Positions 1 through 14,800 of a stretch of DNA of 64,000 nucleotides are shown in pieces. The stretch comes from Phoronis australis. Taxonomy: Eukaryota; Animalia; Phoronida. Position 1 is the stretch's first letter; every line of letters starts with the position of its first letter. A model generated the notes under the pieces. That model saw nothing but the letters and a program-made list of their open reading frames with translations, made no database searches and had not been told where the DNA came from. The stretch lies in NCBI GenBank assembly GCA_002633005.1, contig NMRA01000123.1, positions 278,364-342,363 of the forward strand. The letters are read 5' to 3'. The position numbers and the translations under genes were made by a program.

Positions 1-2704
1 GGGTCTAAATTGCACCCTCTCTCGGTGAAATCAAAACGAGGCAACGCTGTAAAAAACGAGACGGTGCCGGACATTGAATGCATTACAACGGAACAAAAAT
101 TGGTGTCATTTAATTCTCAGATTATGCTTCAAGTAAGATTCTATGAAATGTCCGATATTTAGGTTCCGTCCGATAATTAGGTACACTATGTGTACAGCCC
201 CCCACTTTTTTCACTGCTGCGCCGCCCATGTTCTACACTAGACAGTGACCACCGTCTCTATCTGGCCAGACTGTGGTCACTGTCTATCGCCTGTGCCTGT
301 GGACGCCACTGGCCAAACAGGCGATAGCATATATATATGAGTAATTTTTATGGGGATATATATATCCCCATAAAAATTACTCATTTCAAAATATCGCGAA
401 TAGCATCGAATGAAACACGACTGTATACACAATGAGTTATAATTAACACATGGCATATGTCTTGTCTTGTCGTGTAATTCCCTGCGATTTTTTTGCACAG
501 CACCGTCTTGCGCCGTAGTAATCTAGGGGTAAAAGTCCATATAATTAAACGATCTGATCTCCAGGAATGGTCATATCACAGATGAGTGGAGCACATACGA
601 GCACTAAATCTGGAGCTGACAATTTAGTCTACATAATTTGAACATATCCATGAAAATCTGTTTAGTTTCACTCAAGATTCTCTCGCTGCCGCCACAATCG
701 TCCTTAGTTTCTGATCGTCCCCAATATGCATACCCATTGTATATTGGTGACGATCAGAAACTAAGGAAGCCTGTGTCTGCCTCTGGGTACCATTTTGTGA
801 AATTTAGGCGAAATCACGCCAGTCCACGAACAAAAAGTCGAAGTGACACAAATCTTACAAATTCCTCTGGATATCCTTTTTGTAGTCTCTCGATGTGGCC
901 TAACTTGCGTGATGTCAGTTAACATACTTTATGGTTTTCACTTTTGAGGTGAAAATTAATTAAAAGTGTTCAGTGACCAAAATTTAGAGTTGAAATTCTT
1001 CGCCAAAGTCATCTTAATTCTCGTAGACATGCTTCATCGAGGATATGCATAGAACCAAACAGGTTCGCTGAAGAAAAGTGTTTTTTAAGTGACAATTTTA
1101 AATGTAAAATATGCTTTTTTGAGGTGAAAATTAAGTGATTTTATTTAGTGACCAGATTGGACTACCGACCATTTGAACTACACAGAGGTGAAATTAGTGC
1201 GGAGACTGATGAGGAGAGTTATAGCCTCTCGGCAGCCAACCAAGGGGTGAAAAGAAAGATTGAACAAAAGATGGCACTCAATTTTATGGTTGATGCGCAT
1301 TATTGGTTCACAAACTGCAGACTAGCAAATTAACAACATACTTTTTACGTGGGAAATCAAATTGGCTTTCTCGAAGTCGGGTAGTTTTTGAAGACTAACT
1401 GTGTGCAAGAGGAAATTCTGTGAAAAGGTCAACTTAGAGGCAATTAAAATTGTGACTAGATTAACATTTATGGTCTCATCTGAAAGCCCAGTCTCTCTAG
1501 TGTCAGGACTTAGATTTGAATTTTCTATAACTTTCAATTTTTTCCTAAACGGACCCATTTTGGAGGTCACTTGACCCTAAAAACTTTCTCGATTTATATG
1601 CGTGTTGCTAATTACTGTCGTAAAGCTAATTATTAGTATTTCACGATATCAAATTTGTGCAATCACATGAAGCCTGAACTTTCTAGAAATATCATTTGAC
1701 CTGTAGTGCATCATTGACCTTTTGGGGTTAAAGTCCAACTCCTGGATATCATGGTGCCATACGTCCATCACAAAAAAGTGCTAAAAAGTTTAGTTACGTC
1801 AAAAGTTTTCAACGAAAATTAAAATGATTCAAGATTCTCTTTTAACTTGCTTCTCAATACTATTGACCAAAATTTTAGATCTCATATATCATGCCATGAT
1901 GTGACTTTATTTAATGCCTCTTTTTTAATATTGAAAAGAAGACATGAATTTGCATTGCTAAATGAAAACCTAATCACTAATAAGGACCATCTTCTGATAA
2001 TTTTATTATCTCAACTTATTCCTAAATCATAATCCTAAATTTAATGTTAACTTAATGTCTGGCTTCAAACTGCAAGATAGTACTGATGTTTTGATTCAAA
2101 ATACGTAGCCATAAGTCGAAGCTGTCAACTAAACATGCTGAACCAGTTCACACTTTGTTTAAGATGATACTGAAGTCCTGTTTCTAATACTTTTGAAACA
2201 TCACCTTTGTTATTAACATGGCCATGCATCAGAACTATCAGCGACATGACCCAGACAATAAGTTTGTTCAGGCTTAGGGTAAGTTTAGTTTAAAAAAAAA
2301 CAATAATTAATTTAAACAAAATTTTATTGCAATGATGATTAATGATGCTTTAAACTTTATTTCACCATTTTAGATTTTGGATAGTCACGTTTACTTACAA
2401 GTTTTGAATTTGTAATGTACTTAACACAGATAAAAGTTTTCCAGATTGCCAACATATGTCAAATACAAAATAATTATCACTCTCATTTCCATCCAAGTTT
2501 TTTAGCATCTTTGAAGAGAAATGAGGATTTTAGTTTATATCTTTAATCAAATTTGTTGGAAAGTTAAAATCCTAGAGTACATTCCCAGCATGGGCTTACC
2601 TCAAGTGCTAAAGGCCTATCAGTGTATTTTGATTAAAACAACATTGAATCAGTAGCAGAACACCAATATAGCTTAAAACTGAAATTTGAAGTATTCTGAG
2701 TTAA

Positions 2705-5042
2705 CCCTTATCCTGCTAAGCCTCTATTCAGACAACTTTCCCTGTGTGCTGAGCTAAGTAGGTCACCACTGCTGTTGTGCACTGGGCTGTTACGAAGGTC
2801 ACTCAGATTAATGACCTAACATTTTTAAATTGGAAATTTGAAGGGGTAATGTCAACTTCACATAAAAGTGGTCTGCACAAAAGTTGTTCAGCATTTAATG
2901 GAGATTTTCACCATATACATATCTTTACCATAGCCATGGTGTAAATAATAGGCCTTTTGTGAGTTTATAACAATAACGCGAGATTATGTGAGATTTAACT
3001 GTGACGTCACGGGAAGTGGGGCAAAAGCTTGTCGTTTGGTCATTTGCCCAACACGGTAGCAGAGTGTATTCTGTTATTGTCTTCGAGTTTTTAGCCGTTT
3101 AGTTCGAAAAATGTCCAAAAGCATTGCTGTTATGGCAAATGAACTTCAGATTCGCACTACAATACGTTCTATCGCGTTCTGTACTAATTTCGTCCCGTGT
3201 ATATTAAACGGGCGGTAGGCGAAATCCGCTCACTGGTAAAGTTTTCACCTCGTCGAAAATACATTCTACACCTATAATTAGCACCTAAAAGGCTCTTACT
3301 TTCTTCAGTGACTCTTTCTGCTTCTAAGCATATCTTCGATGAAGCATATATACGGGAATTCAGGTGACTTAGGCGAAGAATTCCAACTCCACTTTGTGGT
3401 TACTGTTAACTTTGTCCGCGCGCGCGATTACCACAATCAAGTAGTTCAACTGAGTCAGGTGAGTATGAGGCAAAGGCTAGCGCGAGACTGAGCGAAGCGC
3501 GAGATCTGGCGCGTGACCTGGCGCGTGACACTTGCAAAATAGCATGAGAAAATATCAAGTGAAATTTGTAAGATTTGTGTCCCTTGGACTTTTTGTTCGT
3601 CAACAGGCGTGATTTCACGTAACTTCTTCAAAATGGCGGCTCTTTAGTGAGAGAAACTCGAGAGAACCGCGAGGTTTTCATGAATATGCTCAAGTTATTT
3701 GTAGACTAAATTGTGTCCAGAGTCAGGGTATGTGTTAATTATAACTTCATGTGCACATATGCATGTTTCATTTGATTTCATTTGCTGTATTTTGAAGTGA
3801 ATATCTTTTTATGGGGATACACTATCGCCCCTGTATGCCTGCGCCATTCAGGCCTAGAGCGGGTTAAGTTCCAATTTCAGTCCGTTCACAGCTTCGCACA
3901 ACATAACAAGGTCACATTTTCTTCGTCTATTCACAGTTATTCCACGACCCATCTACCATATCTTAAGTTGTTTTAACGTTTTAAGCGTAAAATTCACCAT
4001 AAGAACTCCAGTAAGTTTTAGCGTGTGTAGCAAAGACTCGGGGCAAAACAAGAGCAATATGGCGGGTTTTGCCCCCTTTCTGGTGACGTCACAGTGACTA
4101 GCGAGAAACTCGCAAGTGAGCTATTCTATAAACTTTCAAACTGGACACCCTTTGTTTTTATCTGTTTTCGTACATGAGAACATTATAGCTGACACTCAAA
4201 AACCGTAATAAGCATTTTGAAAAGGGAATTCATGGGACTTGCATGTTTAATAAAGCAGATTTATTGGCTGTAACAGCACATCTACAAACTAGAATGTACA
4301 GTATATAACATACTTCAACTTTGCACGTTAACAAATTTATGACTGGTGCTGTCGCTTGCTAAAATCTGTTTTGAAGTTCACCTTGGTGTGCAAAAACTTG
4401 AAACACGGGTGGGGACACAAAGCTATTCTGTGAAAAAGTCACAAAAATATCCAGTTCTGAATAAGTTCCATCATGTTTCAGAGGCTCTGTATTATGCGCG
4501 AAGGGCATGAGCCAGGCATTGTCGTAGGCCCGTCCAAGTTCACTCAGCTTCAGGGACCGGTAACTCCTCCAAAATTGCACTGAGATCCGAATCGATAGAA
4601 TGTGCATTACTTGTGACTATTGTATTAGTTTCCCAGTCACCGTCACCATCACTTTCGAGTTCCAGTTCTAGCTCGTTTTCACTATCTGAGTCCATGAACA
4701 CTTCCTCAAGAAACTGGTCAACAGTCATCTTACCAAGTTTGGCACCAGCCAAGATAAAACTTGCGCAAACTTTCAAATATCTCGGCAGCAACTCACCACA
4801 ACCATATGTTGTAAATCAGAAAAATGTACAGGAAACTATGAACTGTGGAATGCGCATACTCACATATATAAACAGCATACGGGGCTTTAACAATTTCTGA
4901 ATGAAAAACACCAGTGTCCTGGGGTGAGTACACTCTCCTTGCGCAGTCTAGCTGTAACTTATTATAGGCGATTGAGTACACCCGACGCATTTTAATAGGA
5001 TAATTGGCTTGTCGGCTGACCTAGCCTAGCGCAGGATAAGGG
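2705..5042 (-). mobile_element. piggyBac-type DNA transposon relic with nested insertions
   Basis: TTAA at 2701-2704 and 5043-5046 flank a perfect 12-bp TIR CCCTTATCCTGC. Minus-strand fragments at 4791-4400 give an acidic N-terminus (VDQFLEEVFMDSDSENE) and W..PF...P...SELDIF, resembling the start of a piggyBac transposase, broken by frameshift and stop. Confidence 0.75.
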
Positions 5043-5739
5043 TTAATATCTTAGCCACAACAAACAATTTAATAATAGAAATTGAGAGCATGCGTCCGTT
5101 ACGTACATCCGTCACACTTAATCATCTTACATCAAGTTGTCTGACAAAAATTTCTAAGAAGATATTGCCAAAAAAACTAGTATGTTGTTCAAGCATTCCA
5201 CTAAATCATCACATAAAATAAGAAATTGTAACTTCATGCAACTCACAGAAAATTAATATATTAATTTTTTTTTCAAAAATTCAAATTTTCTGCGTACGTC
5301 CGTCACATCCCATTCAAGGCAATTATCTCAGAGAGTATAAAAATTGAGACATGGTATGAAAGTTATATACGAAACCTAACAATTGATTATTAGTTTAATT
5401 ATTTTCCCAGGAGGAAAATTTATTTCACAATTGATCGATATGTTCTCTGATTGTAGGCCGTCACAAACGGAATTGCCCCAAGATTATGCTTTGCACCCTC
5501 TGTACGAAGACAGTTCTAAAGCACAGTTTTCACCAAGGCTAGACAAAGTCTTGACAGCCAGCAAACTGTGTGATGACTAACTTCCAAGGATCAGAGTGTG
5601 TCTCACAACCTGGGCCAAAAAACAGCTAGACAATGGTGTTGTCAGTTGAAGCATAGCTCACTTTCACTCCACTCAAATTTGATTTGCTGTTTGAATCAAT
5701 CTTCAATTTATGGTCTGTGTTTTTATTGGTTCATTTCAG

Positions 5740-5874
5740 GGTCGTGCAGTGCATACTGCGCAGTCATTGGATGAAGGCCTCAGAAGTGTAAATCATCTAG
5801 AAACAAACTCAGCTGTGCTCGACCACAACAATAACCGTCTCGTACACATTACTGGCAAACTCCATACGAACAAG
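5740..5874 (+). CDS. TMEM43: TMEM43 exon (135 nt) GRAVHTAQSLDEGL...KLHTNK
   Basis: tttcag acceptor, gtgaac donor, phase 0/0. Confidence 0.93.
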
Positions 5875-8800
5875 GTGAACTCATGTTTTGTTCTAACCGA
5901 CCTAATTTTGTTGCAAGGAAAACGAGATTTCACATGCCCTTGCAATGAATAAAAAGCAAGACCGAGTGCGCAGGAATGTACTAACCTATTCCAGGAAAAT
6001 GATGGAGTGTTGGAGTGCTGAATTGTGGCATTGAATTCACGGTTTTTCATCACAAGCTTAAGCCAATGTCTTGCGGTTTTTGGAATGTACTGGGCCCGCG
6101 ACCATCAAACTTTACCCACAAGTCGTCTAAAAAATTGACCAATCACATCATATAAAATTGAAAAAATACAAGCAAGGCATGTGATATGTCAATTTGTGAT
6201 TTGAGTCTCAAGTACAGTTTGGTGGTCATTGGCCCCGATCATTCAAAACCACATACAGTGCCATCTTGAAAACCTTTTAATCTTAGATTTTTTTTGGCTA
6301 CCTTTGCCAAGAACTGTATTTTCTTTCTTTGGTCTCTTGGTTTATAATATTTTTCTGTACTGATATTCGCCCCCAAAACTGGACACTTCTTTTCTCATTT
6401 GGTCAAAAACTAGATTCATTGATGTGCACGCAAACACAGTGGAACTGGACATGCATCCATTGCAATGGTGCTTATTACTTTTGTCTTGACTCAATGTGTC
6501 ATGCATGATTTCGAGCAATAATCACTTTGTTGATTTATCCCAAGCTTTTAAATGTGATCTACAATAAGCAGTAAGTTGAACGCAGTATTATAATGGAAAA
6601 TGACCTAAATCAAATTAGATTTTTACAGAAGGCAGATTTATTAAAGAACAAGTCATAATGAACCTTAAACTGTAAAACTAGACAGATCAAATGATTACCT
6701 GTTAACTACATTACAAGACAAAAATCAGACAAAATCCTGTTTCCCCATCATGACGATTAATTCTTTTAACAGCAAATATTTATAGTGATAAGTGTTGTGG
6801 CCTCAAAATTCATGTTACAGATTGGCTTATCCTTCTCATTAACTTCCTATAATTCCCATTCAGTCTCAGTCATAAGGGAAGACTTCTCTGATGATGGATT
6901 TGACGTCTGCTGAGCTGTCATGAGGGAGTATTCCGTGTCACTTTGACCGAATACTTTTGGCTTGTACTGTAACTTATGTCATTTGTCTACTTTTTCCAAA
7001 CTGTGTTCTTAGGTTTTGGCTGACAAGAGATACCATGTGGTGGTCTCGGCCGCGAAGCTGAAAAGAACGGTCGAGATGTACCAGTGGGTGGAAGAAGAAC
7101 ATAAGAGGTATAATCTCACCTGATGTTAATTTCAAATTGTTATCTCCCTCATCATAGAAGTAATGTACTCTATGAATAAAGGCAGCGTCAATGGAACATA
7201 CAGGTTTGTCATAGAGTAACTCGCGGATTACTGTAATGACAACAAAGTAATCCACTGGTCCATTTTATCTTGGTGAAAATTCATGATCACCAAACTGTCT
7301 TATTGAAAAACCTTGGAGTTGTTTTGAACCCTGTTCGTTGATTACATTTAGAAAGGTTCCATGTTTACTTAGTGATATTTTCCGTCATATTTATTGTTTT
7401 GCATAAGTAGCCCAAAATACTTGCAAGCGGATAAGGCATAGAGGTCTTGTGGTAGAGTAGATGGCTCTCCTGTTGGACTCAGGTTCAATTCTTGTAGCAA
7501 TGCTTGTAATTGTTGAATGTTTACTGAGCTGCACAAGCAAGATATTGAACATTTCCCATAAACCTCATGACCTGCCACCCGTGACCTGGTGGACTGATTG
7601 CACCTACATAAACCCAGTCTCTATATCATAAAGAACAAAACAGTTTCAAAACACTTTTAAGATGTTATTAAAAGCTTGAATTTACTACACTTCGTGGTTT
7701 CAAAGACAAGTTCTTTTAAAAGCTTACCGGCTATGAGCGACATACGCTAGTCTTGCTTCATCAGTAGCATATTTCCGCGTAATCCCGTCTGACACTAAAA
7801 ATTATACCCTTATCTTTCAGGGAATACAATGAAGGGGACCAAACCAGGGTTGAGACCACATACACGTACTGTGAGTAGCAATGAACGGTTCTTGAAAATA
7901 AATGTTGACAGCTCCCTAGATTTAACAATTCAGGTGCTCAAGCAGGCTAACTGGACAACATGTCTCACACACACATGAATGTAGCTCTCTTGAACTTGTC
8001 TCGGAGACATAAAAAGTCGGTTCACTAAATCACATTACACGCGATTTTTATGTTCTCCACCTTCATCACAGGACAAGGTTTTTTTGTAGTTGTGGACTAT
8101 GTTAGAAGCCTTTGGAAGTTATTTTTGTTTGAGATTTGTGAGATACTACCATGTGTTAAATTAACTTTCAAAAGCGCTTATTATTGTCAAGGAGTTGGAT
8201 GTTTATTGCTTTCATTTTTGATATTTCAGCCCAACAATGGCGATCAGATCTCGTTCACAGTTCGCAGTTTGACTCGCCTCACAACCACAGGAACCCAGGG
8301 TGAGCATTGAGAGACGGACAATACTTGCCATTACGTCAAGTTGTGCAGTTGTGATTGCTGTTGTTTGCAGATAGTACTCATGTCTTCGTATGAAGAACTG
8401 CAGTGCACAAGGACAATCTCTAACGTAGAGTGACTTTAATGAGACCTGAAATGAGCCATGACGCATGCACTGAGTTTCCACAAAACACATTTTGATTTAT
8501 TTAACGTGTGAATTTCAACAATCTCCCTTTTTAGAATCAGATGCTGTCAAGTGACACCATCTTCTGCGCATTATTTTTAGTGTACGTTACACCTTCCTTT
8601 GGACATAAAGGATTTAAGAACATGTGGATTCCTTGTTGAAAAGCGTTGAACAAGATATTTGAAGTGTGATTACTAAGCGAAGGAAGCTGGAAAATGCAAA
8701 CACTGAATTTTTTTTTTGGTTTCAGGAGTTTCCCTGTGGAGTCGACCACTCAAGAGGCTAGTGATGTCACTGTTGGAAACTTTTACCTGTCGGAACGTAA

Positions 8801-11800
8801 GTTGATCCAATTGAAATTTGGAGGTTGATGAACTGTCTTTGTCTCGAGCTTATTTGGCCATTTTGAGTTAAAAGTAGTTTTTATCATGCCTCATTGGCAT
8901 GTAAATAAGAATATTGAAATTAAAATTGGTGTGTCTTCGAGCCTAACCTGGGTGTCAGTTATCGTCTCAAGTATTGTGAATTACTGCAAGCAAGGCAAAT
9001 ATATTGCCAGCCAAAATGTTTATAATTATACTTAAAGTATTTCATTTATTGGGTGTTGGGTTCAACATAGGTTTCTGTGCAGTTTTTCAAAGCACCAATT
9101 ACAATGCTGTTGAGGGTGTAGAAGGAATTGTATGTGAACAAATACCTCAAACGTGGCTGTTTTATTTGCAACACTGTAATTGTCACACTATATTCGCAAC
9201 ACTACATTTTCAACACTGTATTTGCAACATTATATTTGCAACACTTTATCTTCAACACAATTTGAACATTGTATCTGCAACACTATATTTGCAACACTAT
9301 ATTTGCAACACTATATTTGCAACACTATATTTGCAACACTATATTTGCAGCACTATATTTGCAATGTTATATTTGCAACGTTATATTTGCAACACTACTA
9401 TTGCAACACTATATTAGCATTATTATATCTGCAACACTATATTTGCAGCATTATATCTGCAACGATACATTGCACCAGATGGGAGTAATTCATTGTTTTT
9501 CAAAAAATAATTTGCACAAATGTTTTGCATATAGGTGAACTCGCCTGTGCTCCCAGCTTTCTGTTGTGTTTGCATGTGTATGTGTTTCTGTGTTTCCACA
9601 GTCCATTCTTAGTACCTGTGGTGTTTGTGATAAAAGCACGTAAATATCTCCAGACCTGTATTTTAACTGTTCCGTCAAGTCTCACATGCTATTCTATATT
9701 TTAAATTTTTTTTCCTTAGTTATCAGACAGTGTGTTTCACAGAAAGGTGTATGCGCGAATTCTCGCTGCAAGTACTGCAACACATGCAGGTGCAGGTGCA
9801 GTTGCGCATATACGGCATATAAACAAGAGGCTGAAGTGCATTTTAACTGTTCCAAATCAAATACCAACTTCAGTGTCTTGTTCATTATCATCAATTGTTT
9901 TGTGCCAATCTAATCACATCTGAATACTAACCTGCTAATGAGTCACTGTTGCTATTTTGCAGGTCTGATTAATCAAATTAACAATTATCAGGTGATTAGC
10001 CCCACCCCAGGTGCAAAGTTGCATGATATCATCTTTGTTGATGGATGGTTCTACCACTCAAAGAATACCATCCACCCAGAGGTATGGTTACAAAGTAATT
10101 TGTTGTCACAAAGCTTTTTCATTAGGGCCATAGTGGCTTAGTAGGATTGTGGAGAGCTAGTTAGTGAGGTTCAAAAATTATGTTTCATAGAAATCCTTTG
10201 GCAGATGGCCGTCTTCTTTAGATCCCTAGTGTGTACTGAGCATACTCGAGAGCTTTCTAGTGCATCCTAGCAAAATGGTGGTCATTGAAGTGATTGGTTG
10301 GCGAGGTTGGAGTGTTGACTTGTGGGATTGAATTCACTGTTTCCATTGCATTTGGCGAAGATTTTCTTGTCACAAGTGCAACCTAATGTGACGTGGTCTA
10401 CGGAATTCATCTCAGGCCAAGTGTAATTCTCTTTGCACTGTTCAGTTTGTAACTGTTTTGTTCCTACTTTCATTGTCATCACAGATTGAAGGCAAGGCAA
10501 GGCTATAAAAGTGTAAAACCTACTAGTAAAAATTCATTTTTTGACCTGTGCACTACAATATTTTGAAGATGAATTCTTTGCTAAATCTCACATGATTCAA
10601 TAATAGTGTCTCTGTGGAACCCCGCGTATACATCACATGTATGCCACACACTTCCTAACTATCTCTAATTTGTGTTATGTCGACTCCACGCTTCATGAAA
10701 TTCACGTGTAAACCATGAACAGTCTTTAGTTAGCTGTTGTATTAATTTGAAGCTCTCTAAATGTTGTTAATAAACTTTGAACAGAGAGGGCTACATTTTG
10801 ATAGACCTCCGGATTTTATTGAGCATTTTCAATTAAACACTTTCAATTAAGCATTTTCAATTAAAATTGTAAGTTTTTGTTGAATACGGCATCAAATTAA
10901 ACTTAATAGAATCCTGACTTTATGTTGTCGCCATTAATGAGCTAAAAGTCTCCATTTTTCTGGAAGGTATAACTTTTGTCTCTCACATCCTGATCAATGC
11001 CATTTCTGTGTTGTTTTAGATTGGTGATATGCGAGTGAAGATAGAAGTGGCTGGACTGACTGAGCGTTATCCTGGTTTAGGAAACCCTGATGTGGTAGGA
11101 CTTTACTCTTAATTTTTACTGATGAATAGTCTATAGTGCACAGTTAAATGTTAAATAAATGAAGATACGGTCCAAATTACTGATGTTTTGTTATTGTATT
11201 TTAATGGTGTTCTGATTGATACTTCCAAAAACATGCGCCTGAAATTGTGTAAGTGCAATGTTTAGCTTTCATGTATTTGTGTTACTGGACTCTTCATTGT
11301 GTTGTATTTTCACCCAATTGGGTAAATTCATATGTCAAAACGAGTCTTGTGCACAGACCCACAGTACTTTGGAATGTTCTCACAATGGACTGAATACCTG
11401 TTAGAAAGGCAAATGAATTTAATCTGTAACAGTTAAAGATGTATGAACATTCAAATTTAACTTTTTGAATTTTCTTTGTATTTTTATTGTAGAACAATGT
11501 GTTGGTACTTCAGGTTCGATGTGCAGGCCTATAGAAAAATGTGATCCAGAAAAAAATATTTAATTTTGTCTGGTTGTATTGTAACTGGCCAGCTTAGTTT
11601 CAAAAGTGAATGATAGAGGGTAGCACTTACGTGTATCCACCAAATGAATGTGTTTCCTCATGGAAATAGCATTTTCTTATCATGTAAGTTGCATGCAACA
11701 TTATCTTTAAAACCTCTATTATGGCACAGGAGCCACCTTTAGTAAAGGCATGCCATTAAACAATCCTAATATGTATTACTTTCAGATATTAACATAACTA

Positions 11801-14800
11801 AAACATATTTCACCGAACCGTTCTGTTTTGGCTTTCTTTTTGAAAACTGTTACAGTAAATATCAAGAACATATGACTCAAATAACAGCATTACTGAAAAT
11901 GAATGATATGCCCGTTGAAAGCTAAGTGTCTGATAACACTGATCATCAACCTGTTGGGCTGGAGGTCGATGTTCTTATTTCAATTTCTATCTCTGAAGAC
12001 GTTACATTTCTGTTTTGCCCCAGATGAATCATCTAATGTTTTGTGACCAGGATCCCGATCACATTTATATGGGGGAAACAAAAAAATCACTTGGAACCAG
12101 GTTTAAAAAAACAAAAAACTGGACCGACTGCCATGGGTGAGCACACATTGGCCACTGTACATTCTGTCTCTTGTGCTTCCGCCAAGATCATTGGCAAGGA
12201 GCAGAACTGGCACGCACATAAAATCAAGTAATCTATCAAAAATGATTATCTAGTGCCCCTTTTGGATTGTGACCGTGGTGTTCAGTTATCTCCCCTGTAC
12301 AGTGACATCCTGATCATGTGCACAGTGGGAAATACTCCAGACACTCCACACGACAAAGTCTTGTCAAACCAGGCCGATCTGCCCCTAATTAGTAAGCAGA
12401 GCATATGAGTGTGACCCCAGACTAAAGTGTTACCACAGTGGTGGCCGTGAACTTGTTGGTCCACCATCTTCTGTAGTGAAACAATACCTCATCCATTTTT
12501 ATGCAGAACACTACATGAAAAACATTCATGAGGAAGAATGATACGGTGTTTTCTTTATTAATTCATACACTCTATTGGTTAGTACAGGACCCATGAAACA
12601 TGCCATTTGTCTCCAATAGTTCGTACAGTAGGCGTCCGAGAGGAAAATAGTTTGTACACATCTCTATTGGTTAGTACAGGACCCATGAAACATGCCATTT
12701 GTCTCCAATAGTTCGTACAGTAGGCGTCCGAGAGGAAAATAGTTTGTACACATCTCTATTGGTTAGTACAGGACCCATGAAACATGCCATTTGTCTCCAA
12801 TAGTTCGTACAGTAGGCGTCCGATAATAATTCATACAAGCTTTTTGGATCGGTAAAATGGAAATTTTCATTCTTAGAACACAAATCAATAAGCGCCAATT
12901 CTATTCAGGTGACCGGAATCCGTTATTTGCTTTACTACGCTAGCATAGACCTCAAAAAGTCGTTTTTCAGATCGCCATTTTTGGACACTGAAAAAATGTG
13001 GAAATAGAGATAAGATTTTCCACTGTGTCGCCAAATGGTGGTAAAATTGTCATAACAGCGGATTTTCCCAACAAGGTTCTATTACCCTCTGATTAGCACA
13101 ACATGAATAAATTTACAAAAGTGCGAAGTAACAGTATACTTTAGAAAACCCACAGTTAAAGGGTAGGGCCGTAAATTTATCACCGACAGATAAAGAGTTC
13201 ACATCATCACGAAATCATGAAAACTTATTTAAATGAACATTTTTGCCCACCTTGCTCTTCCCTTGTCTAACTTTTTCTTCCTTTTTCCAACATAATTGAC
13301 AATTATTTGTCAACCTCCAACACTCCCAAGTTATGCTCTTGCCATGCTTGGTCTGGACAAGGACAGTGCCAATTTGAATAAGTTCTAGGGCTTTTTAATA
13401 GTAATGTCACCCTGCTGTCTTTTTGATGTTTTCGCTTTGTAAAAGTGCATAGTTTCTGCAAAGCACATGTATTCAAAACAGATACCCTATGCTAAATTAG
13501 GTATTGGGTGTGGTGAAAGACTTCTGGTTGAGGCAAGACGCCTACCCTGTGCATTTTGCCCTCACCTCGTGATAGGTTTTGTACCTGTAGACATGTCATA
13601 CAAGCTACAGTGTTCATTCAATTTTGGTTAAGGACACATATGATCTTTTGACATCGTTTTGTATGTTATATTTGGTAGATAATTGTCTATAGAAATCTAA
13701 TCTGTGGCATGCTTATTTGTTACTAGAGACGCCACGACCCTTGACTAGTTTATAACCCATACTATTATCTACAAATGTAGTGTTACAATATGTGTTTGAG
13801 TGAGTAAAAGTGAAGTGGTCGCTTACACGTGTGATATACGTGCTTCATAAAGCTTAAAAGGACATGGGTGTTTTACTCCGAGTGGGCGTCTTGCCCCTGC
13901 CTTCTCTGTTTACTTCTTGATTATTGCTCATCACCTTTGAAACTAAGAGGCTTTGTTATGGCTCGTATCTTCACTCTTTTGACCATCAACAGATAGCGAG
14001 CTTTAGGAATTAGTGAAAAATTATCCCAATTAAGTAAAATTGTTGTTCTTGCAGAAAATACAAACGTTTTGACATTTTACTCACTTATATGTTACTTCTT
14101 GAACTAAGCTAATGACAGCTGAATTTTTAATTCTCAAATAAATTTCAACTAAAAGCTACAGAGCCTCTCGTTGCACTTTTCAGTGTGACAAGATTGTGTA
14201 ACGTGACTCCTGATTGGTTGACCGAATAAAATTAATTCGGACTTTGCTATTGGTGAGATGAATAATGTTCAAACATTCTGATTGCTTGACGTTTTGAAAT
14301 ACATCAGTATACTGCTCCGATTCATCTATTGTGAAAAGCCTTTGTGGTTTGCAGTTGCTGATACCGCAAGAATAGACTAAAACAAGGCATTCCACCATAG
14401 ATTATAGACAACAGATTTGAAACTCCGACTATGCTAGAGGAGGCGCCACTCTCCTAAATGATCTGTTTCAGTCTCCGGTTAGTGTGTTGTGGCTACACAA
14501 CATCTGACCATTATTAGCAGACAACATACTTGCCGGAGATAAAACCAGATAATTTGGCCAGGTGTTGCTAGTGTATAATGACGTCATTGCTTCTGTAAGA
14601 GCACGGATTTTCTCCATTGAAAGTATACGGAGTTAGCAGTCCATGTACTAAAGTCTATGATTCCACACAGGTTTGTATTTTTTGAAACATGCAATGTGCA
14701 CATGTTATTCCAGTGTTCTTTATTGTGGCCTGTAATTTTTGCTGTCATAATTTTCTCTATGAACTAGTTCTATTGAAGTACTCAACTTGTTATGTTCACC

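Noticed and set aside
1-5700. TMEM43 exons 1-2 (first TM helix)
   Set aside because: No exon encoding a hydrophobic helix ending in NE with a GT donor was found; probably upstream of the window.
9004-9538. Repetitive ORFs (ATLYLQHYICNTIF) in three frames
   Set aside because: By-product of a stop-free 14-bp minisatellite inside a TMEM43 intron.
12570-12822. Possible CRISPR-like array
   Set aside because: Units are identical end to end with no unique spacers, there are no cas genes, and the context is a eukaryotic intron.
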